64,000 nucleotides of DNA from the human T2T-CHM13v2.0 reference genome, Homo sapiens. The stretch lies in NCBI RefSeq assembly GCF_009914755.1, contig NC_060927.1. The stretch is one strand, 5' to 3'. Of this stretch, positions 11,200 through 29,240 are shown one piece after another (the first letter of the stretch is position 1; every line of letters starts with the position of its first letter). The notes under the pieces are model-generated. The model ran no database searches and was not told the origin of the DNA. It was given only the letters and a program-made list of their open reading frames with translations. A program made the position numbers and the translations under genes.

Positions 11200-13171
11200 G
11201 AGCCAATAAAATTTATTCTTGTTGTCGTAGTCCTACATTATCCAAAATATATACGTTATTCACATAAGAAATTGATGGCTAAATTTTTATATATAGTTGA
11301 ATTTTCATTTATTCATCTTTTTGATGCATGATGCACACAGTATTATTTTGTTGACTATCTGCATTTTTAGTAATTTGCTTTCTTTAGCATAACTTGGAAT
11401 TCTGTTATTAAACCTATTGCAAAAAGATGCACTATTTCCGTGTGAAAGGACAAAAATCTCATTCATAATATGACCATGAAAAAATTGTGTCACATAAAAT
11501 TTGCCACCCACCTATCTCAAAGAGTGATTTTGAAACATAACAAATAAATTATTTAAAGAGATTTTAACACAATGTGCTTCACATATGCTCAATAAAAATG
11601 AATAAAATAATGCTGGAATTCCTTCAAATTTGGATTGATATTACATATAACTCATAATGTACACACTCCAAACATTTTTATTTAATAAAGATAATAGGTA
11701 CTCAAGAAAGTTGATTATTTTAAGACGTAATAAAGTAAATCATTTTATAACTTTCATAACTTTGCCCACTATTAATAGTATAGATAAATACAACTTTGTG
11801 AGAATCCAGCACTTTAAAGACAAAAAGAGAGAAAGGAGGACAAAATACTATATTTTGCACTAATGTGCAATCTTCCTTAATTTCTTATTCTCATGATCAT
11901 GATTATTTCTAGACTAAAGGATCTTTATGGATAGGACATCTCCTACCCTTCCAAAAAACCATGAACAGAGGCAGCTGCTTACCTTCATATGACAGAGGAA
12001 GAGACATTTGGGCTTGGTGCCTCTCTTATAACTTTGGGTCAAGCAGCTGTAGGTAGCACTTTCAGAAATAGTTAAATTTGACCTGTGCTAAATTCCATTG
12101 CTGCAATCCAGGCTCTTTGCTTGAGTTAGTGGCAGAAATGTTTAGGAAATGCTTCTGTATTTTAGCTCTAGAATGAGTGAAAGAAAGAACACTGGAATAA
12201 AAATTGTTATATCATCCTTTGTTCTTACAGCTCATCTTCAATCAGCTTTGAAACTCTATCAATCCCACACCTGAAATTGCTCTCAAATTCTTCCCCCTCA
12301 TTTACTATCTAATTATCTCAGACCTGAAATGTTGAAAAAGACTTCTAAAAATCTAAAATTTCCCAACCATTGTGCCTTCTTCAAGGAGCCTTGCACATTA
12401 CTTCAAAGAATTATCAGGCATCAGGGTCAGTGCCCATTCTGCAGGGCAAAGGGGGTGGCAACACTCCCAGAGAGGCAGGCAAGTTTAGAAGATCACCCTT
12501 CGAAATGCAAAGGAAGGGAAATAAAAAGATAGCAGATGGCTTTAATAGTAACTCCCCCTAATAAATATTTATTTAAATATTTTGCATATTAAAACATTAT
12601 TTTCCAATTGTCCATCAAAATAAAAGTTATATTTTTAGAATAAAATAACTAGAATAGATTGATTTAAAGCATGCCCAACAGAAAAGTAATCAATTCTGTT
12701 ACTTCTTTTCTTAAAACCTGACTGAAAACATATTTGTATTTTTAGTTCATAGTCCTTTCCTCTATCCCCAACCTACATATCCATCTGCCAGCTTGACATC
12801 TATACTTGAACATCTCTCAAGCATCCCAAATTTAACATGAACAAATGTAAACTTTTTAAATTACCCCCTTAAACATTCTCCAAAAATTGGCTTATCTACA
12901 TTTTAGTATATGCCTCCTCTATCTTTCTACCTGAATTATCTTTAATAGTTTTATCTCCCAAACGGCACTCATCCAAGTCCTCTTGGATTTCCCCAAAATA
13001 TCTAGATTCAGACCACTTTTCTGCATCACTTCTGTCACAATTTCTGCATCACTGATGGACAAGACACAACCAGTTCTAAACTGAACTCTTGTAGCAACCT
13101 CATTACTATCTCTCTGTTTCCATTCTTGCCCCCCTTAAAATACTCTGCATTGTAGAGCAGAATAAAGTTTT

Positions 13172-13547
<376 letters not shown>

Positions 13548-13619
13548 TAAAAGTTCTTAAAGCAGTCTCCAAGCTCCTGCCTCATCTGATTGCTCTCTTT
13601 CTCTCCAGTCTCCTGTCAT

Positions 13620-13728
13620 GGCTAGGATTTCAGATAAACAATATGTACCATACTTATTTCCAAAAAAAATCCATTGTTTATCTGAAGTTCAAATTTAACT
13701 GAATGCCTATAGTTTACCTGACAATCTT
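13620..13728. mobile_element. MER53-like hAT fragment
   Basis: atttcagataaacaa ... ttgtttatctgaagttcaaatttaactg internal palindrome. Confidence 0.6.
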
Positions 13729-14889
13729 CATTATGACACTTTCTGATCTACTCATGACATATCAGCCACAATAGCCATTTTAAAATGTCCATCTGAACTA
13801 CATCCTTTCTTGCTGTGATGCCTACTATTTCTATGAGCAGAAATGCTCCTCCACCCAAGTTTTACCTGACAAGCTACAACTCTTTTTTCCAGATTCATCT
13901 TAAATTCTACATTGTAAGGGAGGCATCTCATATGCCAATCCAAGTAAAATTATATCATTAAATTCTCATAACACCTTATTTCCTTATTTTGTTTTCTGAT
14001 TTCCCCATCATAGTTTATATTGGCCTATGTATTTGGTTTACCACTATATGCCCAGTGCTAGCAGAAAGCCAGGAAAATAGTAGAGCTTCAATATGTGTCT
14101 ATAAAAGGCAGAAAAAAGAAAGGAAGGGAGAGAGTAAGTCTATGTAAAGCTTCCCTTTATTCTAAGTCTGTGCTGCTTATGCAACCTTCAGTTCTGTAGT
14201 TCAACTTCCTGAACACATTTATGCTCTTTGGACCAATGCACCTAATCTTAAACCATAACACAATGTTCAGTCATTCTTACAGATCTGCTCATCATTGTAA
14301 ATGAAGAAATGGGACATTGACTTGTGGATTCAGTTTTTATCACTAGATTTTATAGGATTTGATCATTTTGTTATAAAGTCCAGCCTGATTCCCAGTCACT
14401 TCCATTTTCCCCTCATCAGCATGCCAGGAAAACAGAGGCAAGTTCTTCCTGGTCTCTGCTTTCCTACTCTCATCCTAATTCAACCCAAAAGAAATGTAAT
14501 CAGCTATAACACCATACATAAGGATTTACTTTCTTTCACTATCAACTTTAATAATTTAATCACTAGTTTGATGTTATTCCAGAGAATTATATTAGTCAGT
14601 ATAGCACAGTAAAAGCATATTTGTTTTAGAATTTGGAACCAATATTTCTGCTGTAGTCATAGCAGCTTACTAAACTTGGAAAAAAATTCTGCAACCCTTT
14701 CAATGTCAGTTTTCTTAACTATAAAATTAGGATACACTATCTACTTCATGAGACTATTATGTTGATTACATGAAATTGCCTTCTGCTTAAAACTATAAAT
14801 CCAAAATCCAAAATCCTAGACTTTGTAGGATCTTGGTACTACTGAACTCATTGGCCTCATTGAATGCTGCCCTTTTCTTCCTCCATATA

Positions 14890-15500
<611 letters not shown>

Positions 15501-16713
15501 GTCACCGATCAAGTTAGTCAGTGAAGGCATGACTTGATATGCCTTTTCCGTATACATACATGGCAAGAACGTAAATGATAACTAGAATATTTAGAAGGGA
15601 AAATATATAGTTAGGATAAAGAAAAAAGAAATATTAAATATCTCCAAAGAATGTAAATGTAACACAAAAATCAAGGAGGTAAAATTATTTTCTCCATGAT
15701 GAAGACTTGCCTTTAATCATTCTCTAGTATTTCATTCTGTGGCTTCCAAAATAAAACACACTTTTAGAGAAGCAGTTATATATACCAGTCTCAGGCACTA
15801 ACTCCCTCTAACATCCCCAGAATTTGGTCTATCATTTCAAGGAAGTTGACTCAACCATTTCTTTGCACTTGAGGGCACAGAGTGTAGAGGCAGGCCTATC
15901 ATGAGGGAGGAACCCCAAGCTCTCTCCATCCCCTTCTTAGAGGTTTAGGAGTAAGGAGTCTAATGTTAGCAGAATTAACAACAACAAATCCAAATTCCTA
16001 AGCTCTGTGAAAAACAAAATAGGATTCTGGGGAAACTTTGTTTTTGTTGTTATTCCTTTGCTATCTTGTTCATTTTATATCCAGGTTTAGGACTAGACTG
16101 ACCCCCTAAATTCCAGGGCTTTCTTTTAGAAAAGAAGTATTAAGGTTGTTAGAAAACAAATCTTGTGCTAACTTCACTATCACTAGTACAGAGCTTCCTG
16201 CAGCCAAACAAAAATCTTTCCAAATTTATAGATTTTGGTTAATTTCCCAGAATGACTTTTTAATTTTTTTTTTACTCATACCTCAACATGGAGGGAATAT
16301 TTAAATCATAGCAGGAAGATTTGACAGGGTAATTTTTTTTTTAACTTAAGGGCAGATAACAGAATCTTATTTTTGAGCAATAAACCCAGCTGGAAGCATT
16401 TTAAAAATAAAATTAGCTTTACATATGAAAATGATATTTTCAAGGTCAGGAATTTAAGCATTTCACACCAAAGAAACTTTAGAAAAAGTATGCCTGTAGA
16501 TACAGAAACACTAACTATAATAAAGTTTATGATGTAGACTAGCCATTTAGTTTATAAATTACATAAAGTTTATGATGTGAACCTAGATCTCCCAAAATAG
16601 CACCTTACTACAGAGAGACCATCACTGTGCCAATCTTAGTAGTGCCTCAAAATATGGAAATCAGAGCATACATCCAATGGGCCTGGGATAGGAGATTTTA
16701 AGGCAGATATTTC

Positions 16714-17166
16714 TTTTTTTTTTTTTTTTTTTTTGCTGTACAAAAATTTTTTATTTGTATCCTTATTCTACAAGTTTTTTCTATTTTAAAAATTTTTTAT
16801 TTTTATTTTTTACTTTTTAAAATTTTTTGTTAAAAACTAAGACACAGAACATATCTTGTCCCACTGGGAGGTTTTCAGGGGCAATAACACGCATGTAGCT
16901 GTCATCTCCTGGAATAACAATGCCTTCTTCTGAAATACCTCCTGAAGGACCTGCCTGAAGCTGTGTTACAGTCACTTTGTTCTTTTTTCTTTTTTGTATT
17001 ATTATACTTTAAGTTTTAGGGTACATGTGCACAATGTGCAGGTTTGTTACATATGTATACATGTGCCATGTTGGTGTGCTGCACCCATTAACTGGTCATT
17101 TAGCATTAGGTATATCTCCTAATGCTATCCCTCCCCCGTCTCCCCACCCCACAACAGTCCCCGGTG
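16714..17166 (-). mobile_element. 5'-truncated L1PA (about PA3) with 3' transduction of a Tigger3/MER7-like fragment
   Basis: 14-bp TSD aaggcagatatttc (16700-16713, 17167-17180); L1 3'UTR 16997-17166; first A-rich tail ~16976-16995; non-L1 segment 16735-16975; AATAAA (tttatt 16750-16755); terminal T21 at 16714-16734. Confidence 0.9.
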
Positions 17167-18454
17167 AAGGCAGATATTTCAAGACAGAGAGTGGTTGGAA
17201 TTGGGCAAAAAAAAAAAGGTATTGAAATGTATATAGCAAAGCTAGAGTCTTAAAACTAGGCTTGACGATCAAAGTGTACGCTTTTTCAGGTTGGTTCACA
17301 GTCTTACCGTCTACGAGAAATTATATTCTGGAACAAATACTTAAGGTATTTTTTTTTCCTGTCCCCAGCATTATTTTACACAGAAACTAGAAAGTGTGTT
17401 TGTTGCCAGAAATTCTAGCATATAGATACAAATTATGTTTGGCTGCAATTTTCAGTACTTAAAATGTATATGCCTCATTTCTACAAAATGCCTCTAGTAG
17501 AAATCTGAACTATTTTTACCGTAAATATCCCCGACCTTTCTACTACTTTAATGAAATGCCTTCTCTGCCTCTAAATAGCAGCTCATCTCCTTATTCAGTG
17601 TTCTTCTTTCTGTATCACTTAAGATGTTAAAGGGATTTAAATCTTTAAAAGACTTAAGTTATTGAAAATAAAACATAGCCCTTAATTCTTAGCATACCAC
17701 TTACTTATGAATCATCCAAATGATTATATACCTAGTCTACCAAAGAGAGTACCAGAAAGAGAAAACTAGTTTATTGCAGTAGAGAATCTTTCTATTATAA
17801 ATTGTAAGAAGATCAGATTCATGGTGTAGTTAGGCTCTGTCTTTACCCAGTTTAGCAGATTAATTTGGTTTTCTTTCCCATGAATTCAAATTTGTAACTA
17901 AAGGGAGCTTGGAGAATACTTACTTCAAACTTTTTCATTTTAAATTAGAAAACAAATAAATATGAGGTAACAGTGTTGTCTGTCCAAGGTTACACAGCTA
18001 CTCAGTTCTTTTAGATGCCATATTTTAGGAGACTTTAATATCTGAGAGTGCATTTTTCTTACCACATGCTCTCACTCTGCCTCAGTTTTTCTTTCTCTCC
18101 CACAGACCTTGGTCTCCAAGGACAGAATGTCTCTGCTTGCTGACACCATATCCTCTTGTGTTCTTACCAGCAACCCCTGATGACACTATGCTTCATATCT
18201 CTCCCCACAAGGTCCATCTCCTGAAATCTCATGACTGAACCCCTTTCCAGGCATCCTGCTTTCAGGTAGGCATCCTCCAATTTTAACTGAGCGCTTATAC
18301 CCCTACTTAAGCTATTGTTTCTTCCTTGGAATTTAGATATTTCATAGCATGGTTGAAGACAAGTGGGAGCATGTGCCAAGTGTCTATCTGCTTGATGGGT
18401 TGAAGATGATTCTGGAAAACACTTCTTAAATAGGAAAGTGAAGTAGCAAATATA

Positions 18455-18943
18455 TGAAACCAGCCGAATTGTCCCAAAGAACTGATGTTTATGATTTATT
18501 TTTAATAAACATAGCAGTTGATCCTCTCAGTCTTAAAACTTGAGAAAGTGACAGTTTTCTTATCTGAGTTCCTTTCTCAAGAAACCAAGCATCAGGCCTC
18601 CCAGAGAAAATTAAAGAACTATACCACTGCATCTGGAAAATGAAGACACCAGACCCCTCACCCATGATGATTCCCTAACCTATCACCTACTCCCTAATTA
18701 CCAACTCCTCTTCCTTACACCTCCCTAATTCCTATTTTCCTGCATGTAGTTACATTTCTTTCCTGCTATATAAACCCTTGATTTTAGTTGGTGAGGGAGA
18801 TGGGTTTGAGACTGATTTCCCATCTCTGTGGCTGCAGCACGTGATTAAAGCCTTCTTCCCTGGCAATACTCATTGTCTCAGTGATTGGTTTTCTGTGCAG
18901 CAAGCAGCAGGACTTTGACAAAACCCCTGGCATTTCAGTAACA
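18455..18943 (+). mobile_element. Solo ERV LTR (LTR47-like)
   Basis: TG...CA ends, ctatataaa TATA box, attaaa signal; homologous to the antisense copy at 38735-40800; family name from memory. Confidence 0.75.
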
Positions 18944-20444
18944 TGTGGACCAACAGTAAGCCTGCAGTTATCAAAGAAAAGAGAAAATTATGTTCACACT
19001 TAGATTTGCTCTAGCCAGGATCACCATAGGCACATTTGAAACCTACAGAGAAAAAAGCTAAAATAACTGTTTTTAACGATAAATACAATGCTCAGGTACC
19101 ATGAGACTAAGATGAACATAAAAGCAGAGACATGAAAGACCTTTGCACATTAGTACTGCAACCCACAGTGGCACTGACAATAAGAAGACACTCCTGATAG
19201 CTTTGAGAGAGGACACAGAGCATACCACTTGTGCTAGTCCTTGTGTTGAACATCAATGGTAGAAACAGTAGAAAGCATCATTAGCAGCCATCACCAACAG
19301 GATCTATGAGAGCAGAGTATTACATTGCATAATATCCAAGAGAACTTGGCTTCCAGACAAACAGAAAAAGCTTACCCGGTTAGATGTTAGGAGCCCTGGA
19401 GATTCCATAAGAGCAAGCCAGACTGACACCTAGAACAGTACTATTGATTAGTTTTCCCTGGAGCTCTGGGCCTGAAGAAATATAAGTTACAGTCTGATGT
19501 CTTGCTCATTGTTCTGGCTCCAGTCCAAATCAATGTTTTAAAATTTTTACAACTCCTCTATTCAGGCAATTTCTTTGTCCCACCTGTTTTCTATTTTTAT
19601 TCCATTTACTTCTGATCAATCACAAAGTTAACTTTTATAGAATTAATAATTTTGTTAAATATATTTAAGATACTCTTGACTTATGCATAGAAACTAAAGA
19701 GGACATGCAATTATGGTAAATATTGATGAAGAATAGTCATTTATTAAACTATAATTTGTTGATATTCTCTTGCTTCTTCTGAAATATTTGCTCAAGTTCA
19801 CAGATACTGTGTGTCTGACTCAGTTCTATATTCAAACTCCTGTTTGGGCAGAGAAGTGAGAAAAATGAGATTATTAGACAAAAAATAAATACCTACTCTA
19901 TTTGTTTCAAGAAATTCTTGAAAACAGATTTGTCTAGACAAAAGTTTGCTCACCTGGACAAAATCTCTCCTATCAGAACAACAGACTGTTCACCTGGGTA
20001 AACAGCTTATTTACCACCCAAAAGTTTACAAGTTTGTTAAAAGTTCTAAATATCCACTAGAATTCTTAATTATCTTTGGCACAATTATGCTGTTGTTCTT
20101 ACAAGAAGCACCTTTGAACAAAAAAGAAGGAACAAAAAATTAAAAATATTTATTGAATGGATTTTACTTTGTGTGAAAAAATTCCCCAAATAAATTCTGA
20201 TTCCAAAACGATTTCTCAAAAAGAGTCCTTGGCCAACATACATGAAAATGTAAAAAATTCAAGCTTACCTATTTTATATCCCCCAAATCATAACTAGAAC
20301 ATAGCGGCCCTTATCTCACTTATCCTCTTCCCCTTTCTTGTATTTTTCAGTACTCTCTAATCCTATCTCTCTTTATGACCCAATTTATTTCCATTCCAGA
20401 CAGCCATAAACCCCAAGTTGTAACTGCCTCTTAACTTAAATTCA

Positions 20445-20826
<382 letters not shown>

Positions 20827-21270
20827 TCATTCATGTGTTATTGCTACTCCTATTACATTTCATAAGTAATAAAATACCTGTAAACTTTATATGTCAGTAT
20901 CTTTAACTTCACTTTTCCCCCCAGATCTTTGAACAAAGAGCCTCACATTTTCATTTTGCACTGGATCTTCAAATTAGGTACCCATTCCCTATGCTGTAAT
21001 TCCAAGCATAGCAGAAAAATGAAGCAATGTCAAAAAATGTATGTAATTCCTCTGCTGCAATTTTCATAAAATTATATGGGAAGTAAATCAAAATCGACCT
21101 CTTTAGATATAATACTAGTTTTTCAAACAGGAATGTGTGCAATCTTGGGAGAATAGTTCTGTACTTATATCCCTAAAGTCTTCTATGGTATCTTAACTGT
21201 TATGAAAAAATATCTGACCAAAAAATAGGGAGAGGATGTGATAAAATTAGGTAATTTGATTTATATTTCC

Positions 21271-21820
21271 TGTGGTGGTTGATTTTATATGTCAATTAAG
21301 TAGGCTACAGGGTACCCAGTTATTTGCCAGCCATTATTCTGAGTGTTTCTGTGAAGATATTTTTGGATGAGATTATTAAATCTGGCAGACTGAGTAAAGC
21401 ATATTGTCCTTCTTTATGTGGGTGGGCCTCCTTCAAGCAATTGAAGGTCGGAATAGAACAAAAAGGCAGACCCTGCCCCACATAAGAGGGAATTCCTCTT
21501 TCCTGACTGCCTTCAAACTGGGGACATCAGCTTTTGTTTTTGACTTCAGACTCAAACTGAAACATTGGCTCTTCCTGGATTTTGAGTCTGCTAGCCTTTA
21601 GCTGGAACTACATCAGGAGCTCTCCCAGTTCTCAGGCCTTCAAACTTGGACTGGAGCTACGTCATCTGTTCTCTTGGGTCTCCAGCTTGCAGACACACCC
21701 TGTGGATTTGGGGACTTGTCATCTTCCCTAATTGCATGAGCCAGTTTTTGATAATAAATCTCTTTATATAATGTATCCAACCTATTGGTTCTGTTTCTTT
21801 GGAGAACATTGATTAATATA
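21271..21820 (+). mobile_element. MLT2-type ERVL solo LTR
   Basis: tgtggtggttgattttatatgtcaa start and cctattggttctgtttctttggagaac end. Confidence 0.85.
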
Positions 21821-22179
21821 CTTACATAGCTATTTCTGTGAACTCTTCATATTGGGGACCAATTTTGGTCTCTTGACTTAATGTAGACACTTTTGGCTTC
21901 TGGATTAGAAGGTGACTACAAACGCTAATAATAAACATTATGTATTTGTGTGTATGTAGTCCTCATTGGTGATTTCTGGAAGTTTAAATGCCATTGTCCC
22001 ACTGCTGATCCATTAAATGATTCTAAAAATAGTCACCCAACAAAAAGAACAGGAAAATGCGATGCTTATTTTAGAGACTGCAATCATACCTGCTGGAAAG
22101 TTGGTACATGATCACAATGCCTTAACCAATGAGGTATTAATAGATCTCTTCTTTAACTCAAGCTTATGAATGTTCCTGT

Positions 22180-22740
22180 GAAGCAGGGGACTGAGACCAC
22201 CTACATCCACTTAGAGTAACAGGACAGAGAAGTGAGGCTGCCAGTGTCACCTATGACTTAACTATTTTTTCTATCACATTCTGGCCTAGGAATATAAGCC
22301 TGGTGACCAATAAATCATACACCTGATTTAGAAAATTCCTGTAACACATTTTGTCTGAAAAAAAATCGTTTTCTTATCTGGGCAAACAGCTCTTCTTTCA
22401 AGACAATGTATCGTTCACCTGGCAAACAGTTTGCATGTCAAACAACGATTTATCAAGACTCACTTTATTTTGAGGTTTATTTAACCTCACTTTATTTACC
22501 AACTTTAAATTATTATGCCATAAAACTTGCTTATTCCTGATCAATTTTCCACCTAGAATGACCCTAACTTAATAAATATCAGACCCCATAACTTAATAAA
22601 TATTTTTTGTAGGCATTCCTCTTTACGGCACTACTAAGACTCTGTTGGGGGGGCAAACATCTTTCATTGCAGTACAACTCATACTTAGCTTTGCCTAACC
22701 AGCTGATTTTTTGGTGATCTTTTGAAAAGTTGGCAAACAA
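22180..22740 (+). mobile_element. Old ERV1 LTR (MER110/MER90-like)
   Basis: cactactaagactctg...ttgcagta...ttagctttgcc 3' region; a related fragment lies at ~19900-20050; family uncertain. Confidence 0.4.
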
Positions 22741-23169
22741 CAGGCACATGTATCCCTGTTAACCAAGTTACATTTGCCAATATAGCAAGATAAGAAAAAA
22801 GAGGAGAAAAGAGCAATAATTAACTATTGTAGCTAGAAACTACTCTACTAAAGGATAAAATGAAAAAGCTTCTCCATCATCCTAAATTTACTGTTGTATA
22901 AAGATGACTACCATTTAACCATACAACCCCAACTTTTATTTTTCCTCAAATATTTTAATACTCAATAGATTCATTGAGGTAGGGTGGTAGAACAATAATC
23001 AGAAAGAAAATGTCTGAAAAAATCATCTGGGGTGTCCATATAATTGAAATTAAGATTTATTCCTTTGGTGTCAGAAAACCTAGAATCGATGTCTAGTTAT
23101 ATATTTATTTATGCAATTTTTAAAATCACTGATTATCTCTTTGTTTAGTTTGAGTTTTTTTTAGCAATT

Positions 23170-23300
23170 TTTAAAATCAGATATATGATTTGCAAATATT
23201 TTCTCCCACTCTGTGGGTTGCCTTTGCTCACTGTTGATAGTGTCCTTTGATACACAAAAGTTTTTTTTTATTTTGATGAAGTGCAACATCTATTTTTGGA
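23170..23300 (-). mobile_element. L1M ORF2 fragment
   Basis: atatatgatttgcaaatattttctcccactctgtgggttgcc...tgtcctttgatacacaaaagtttt. Confidence 0.8.
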
Positions 23301-23926
23301 TGAAATTCCATTTCTTAACTCTTTCCTGGGAAATATTCAAGAATGTCTCTAATTTTCCAAGAATTTACTGTTAGAAATTGTGTTGGAGTCACTTTTTTAA
23401 TGAAAGCCAACATCTAACTGAACAAACAAAAAAAGTGCTAATTCACCACTGGGAGGAGAAAACAGATTTGGAGAACCCTGTTAAAATAAGTACAATGAGT
23501 AATGATCCACTGCACTCTTCATTTGAGGATAGAGAGGGAAAAAGTACATTGAAGTACCTCATGTTTAGTGGGAAACAGAGATAAAAATAGAAAGGAAATA
23601 AATCTTTCCAGTTTGGAGCTGTGACATAGTCTCAGGCGGAAACCAAGAAGTACCACAGAGCCAGGTCTTGTTTAGCCCATGAGCATGATGGGCCTCCTGC
23701 TGCACTCTGCCAAGAGCCATTATTTTCTGTGCAAGCAAACGACATTTCCATAGTAAGATAAGTAGCCCTGCTATTGGCAGTGAGTGGAGGAAAAGTAAGT
23801 AAAATATGCTGGTGTATACCATGGAGCGCTATTCAATATCTAAAAACCACAAACTAGATCTCTACCCAGCAACATACGAAGCAAGGAAAAATAGTGTGAA
23901 GTGAAAATAAACAGGGTGAGGGTTTT

Positions 23927-24221
<295 letters not shown>

Positions 24222-25037
24222 GAGGGTTTTTTTAAAACAATACCATTTATGTAAAACTAACATAAATACACATAACAATTACATATTTTACAAAGATGAT
24301 AATGGTAACAAACCGAGCAGATGTGGTTGCTTTTGAAAGGGAGAAAAATAGGGTAAGTAATAAGGAGAAAATCAAAATATGTGTAATTAAATGAGAGGGA
24401 CTTTGTATAGACCAATGACAACAGTGTGCTCTGAAGTAAGGATTAGAATTAGGTACACTCTTCTACGCATATATGGTACCATTTTTTCAAAAAAAAAAAG
24501 TAGGCGTTATGAAGATATAACAAAGAATATCAGTGAGCTAGATGGCCAGTAGGTAAAACTGGTAATGACTTCATGATGTCCATATTTTGAGATGTGTCCT
24601 TAGGAAGCAGGTAACCCTATAATGTGAAGCCTTTATGGAGAAGTAAACGAAAGTAAGAGTGCAACGGCAGAGAGTGAGAGTGAAATCAACACAGCAAAAT
24701 GGAGGTTGAATTTCATGCCTAAAGAAAGAGCAACGCCAAAGAGAATTTAGGGAGAAGCAACTGCAACAACATAAAAAGCACTGGAGGGAGAAGGTTGATG
24801 GGAAGAAAACTGTGAAAATGAAAAGGTGTTTAGATAAGAAAGCAGGAGAAAGTTGAAATAGTTATTCTAAGATTCACAGGCTGGGCAAGCTCTAATGTTC
24901 ATATATGGATAAAGGCATTTAGTGGTTTTGTAAGATCAATGTAAAAATACAACATGATTACAGAGAAGCAGAGCATTGTTTTTTGTTTCATTTGTTTGTG
25001 TTCATTACAAGCAGGGCTTTAAAGTGGGTAGATAAAT

Positions 25038-25225
25038 TAATGGTTTTCAAGTTAACAGGTATCACAAACACCTGGAGGGCTTGTTAAAGCGGAGATTGTG
25101 TTGGGCTCAACTCCCAGAGTTTCTAATTCAGAAGGTCTGTGTTGTGCTCTGAGACTCTGCCTTTCTCACAAGTCCCCAGTTGATGCTTATGCTGCTGACC
25201 GCGGACCAATCTTTGGGAATTACTG
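25038..25225. mobile_element. MER5A hAT MITE
   Basis: cacctggagggcttgttaaa...cccagagtttctaattcagaaggtctg...gatgcttatgctgctg...ctttgggaattactg. Confidence 0.8.
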
Positions 25226-25599
25226 ATCTCAACAATGTAAGAATAACTAGTTTAAGAAGGTATTTGTAGAATAAGTACTGATCGCAGTGTGTTTTCCTTG
25301 GGCAAGCTTTTCCAGAGAAAATAATTTTTGCTTGGACCAGTAGCTCAAGTTCTTGAAGTAAGAAATTTTTATGGCCAACTTATTTTGAGGGGAAAGGTTA
25401 GGACATTTTGTTTGTTTGTTTGTTTGTTTAAGTCAGTTTAAAAGGATATGATTTGAGAAAGCCTTAGGCTTAGTTTCAAAGCTAAGGATTTTGAAAAGCG
25501 ATCTAGAATTTGAAGCCAGGATTTAAGATAAAATGTAAGAAGTAGTAAGGTAATAAGGATGTTGGGCTATAGGCCAGAAAGTCTTAGTAACAGACATTT

Positions 25600-26270
25600 C
25601 GGCATAGCGTGGTGGTTAACAGCATATTCTTAAGGATTAGGTGACCAAGGTTCAGCTTCTGGCTCTCATTTACAATTGTTTTTCTGTATGCAAATTATCT
25701 AGCATTTTTCCATCTTGATTTCCTTGTTTTAAAATAGGATTGATAAGGCACGACCTCATTAATCAGGATAGGCAGTCTGCTGTAACAACTCACCCCAAAA
25801 TTTCAGTGGCTTGACACAGTAAGTTGATTTCTTGCTTCATATATTTCAATTTATGTAAACATTCCTGGTTGGTATGATCTTTAAGGTAACTTCATTCCAG
25901 CAGTGACTTAGACTCAAGCTGATTGTATCTCATGATTTCACATTCCATGGCTTCAAGGCTGTCCTGATGTCATCCCAACATCAGATGAGAATGTAGGTGG
26001 AAGGAAGAGAAAATATGGAGCATTGCACTTAGCACAGAGAGCTACTCATCACTCCTATTGAAATACATATGACTAATGTCAAAAACTAGTCATATGACCA
26101 CACCTAAATCCAAAAGTGGCTGAAAACATAGACCCTGAAGCTTCCAAACGCAAATCAACTCCATGAAAGGGGAGTGTGAATGATCTTGTAAAATAGTCAT
26201 CTCTGCCACACTAGTTCCCAGGATTGTTTTAAATAGTAAATAAAGTACTAAATGTAAAGTGCTTAGGATG
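25600..26270 (+). mobile_element. MIR split by an antisense MLT1 (J/K-like) LTR at ~25757-26210
   Basis: MIR 5' half ends ~25756; then tgctgtaacaactcaccccaaaatttcagtggctt...tctctgccaca; MIR resumes caggattgtt...tgtaaagtgcttag. Confidence 0.65.
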
Positions 26271-26396
26271 TAGTAACAATGACGATTAACCTAATTTACT
26301 GGTTCCTTAAGTGGCAAACAGCCATAGTCAGTTTTGGTAGCATTGAAAGACCAGAAACTTTTAGGACTACAAGACATAATTCCTGCTTAAAATCTA

Positions 26397-29240
<2,844 letters not shown>

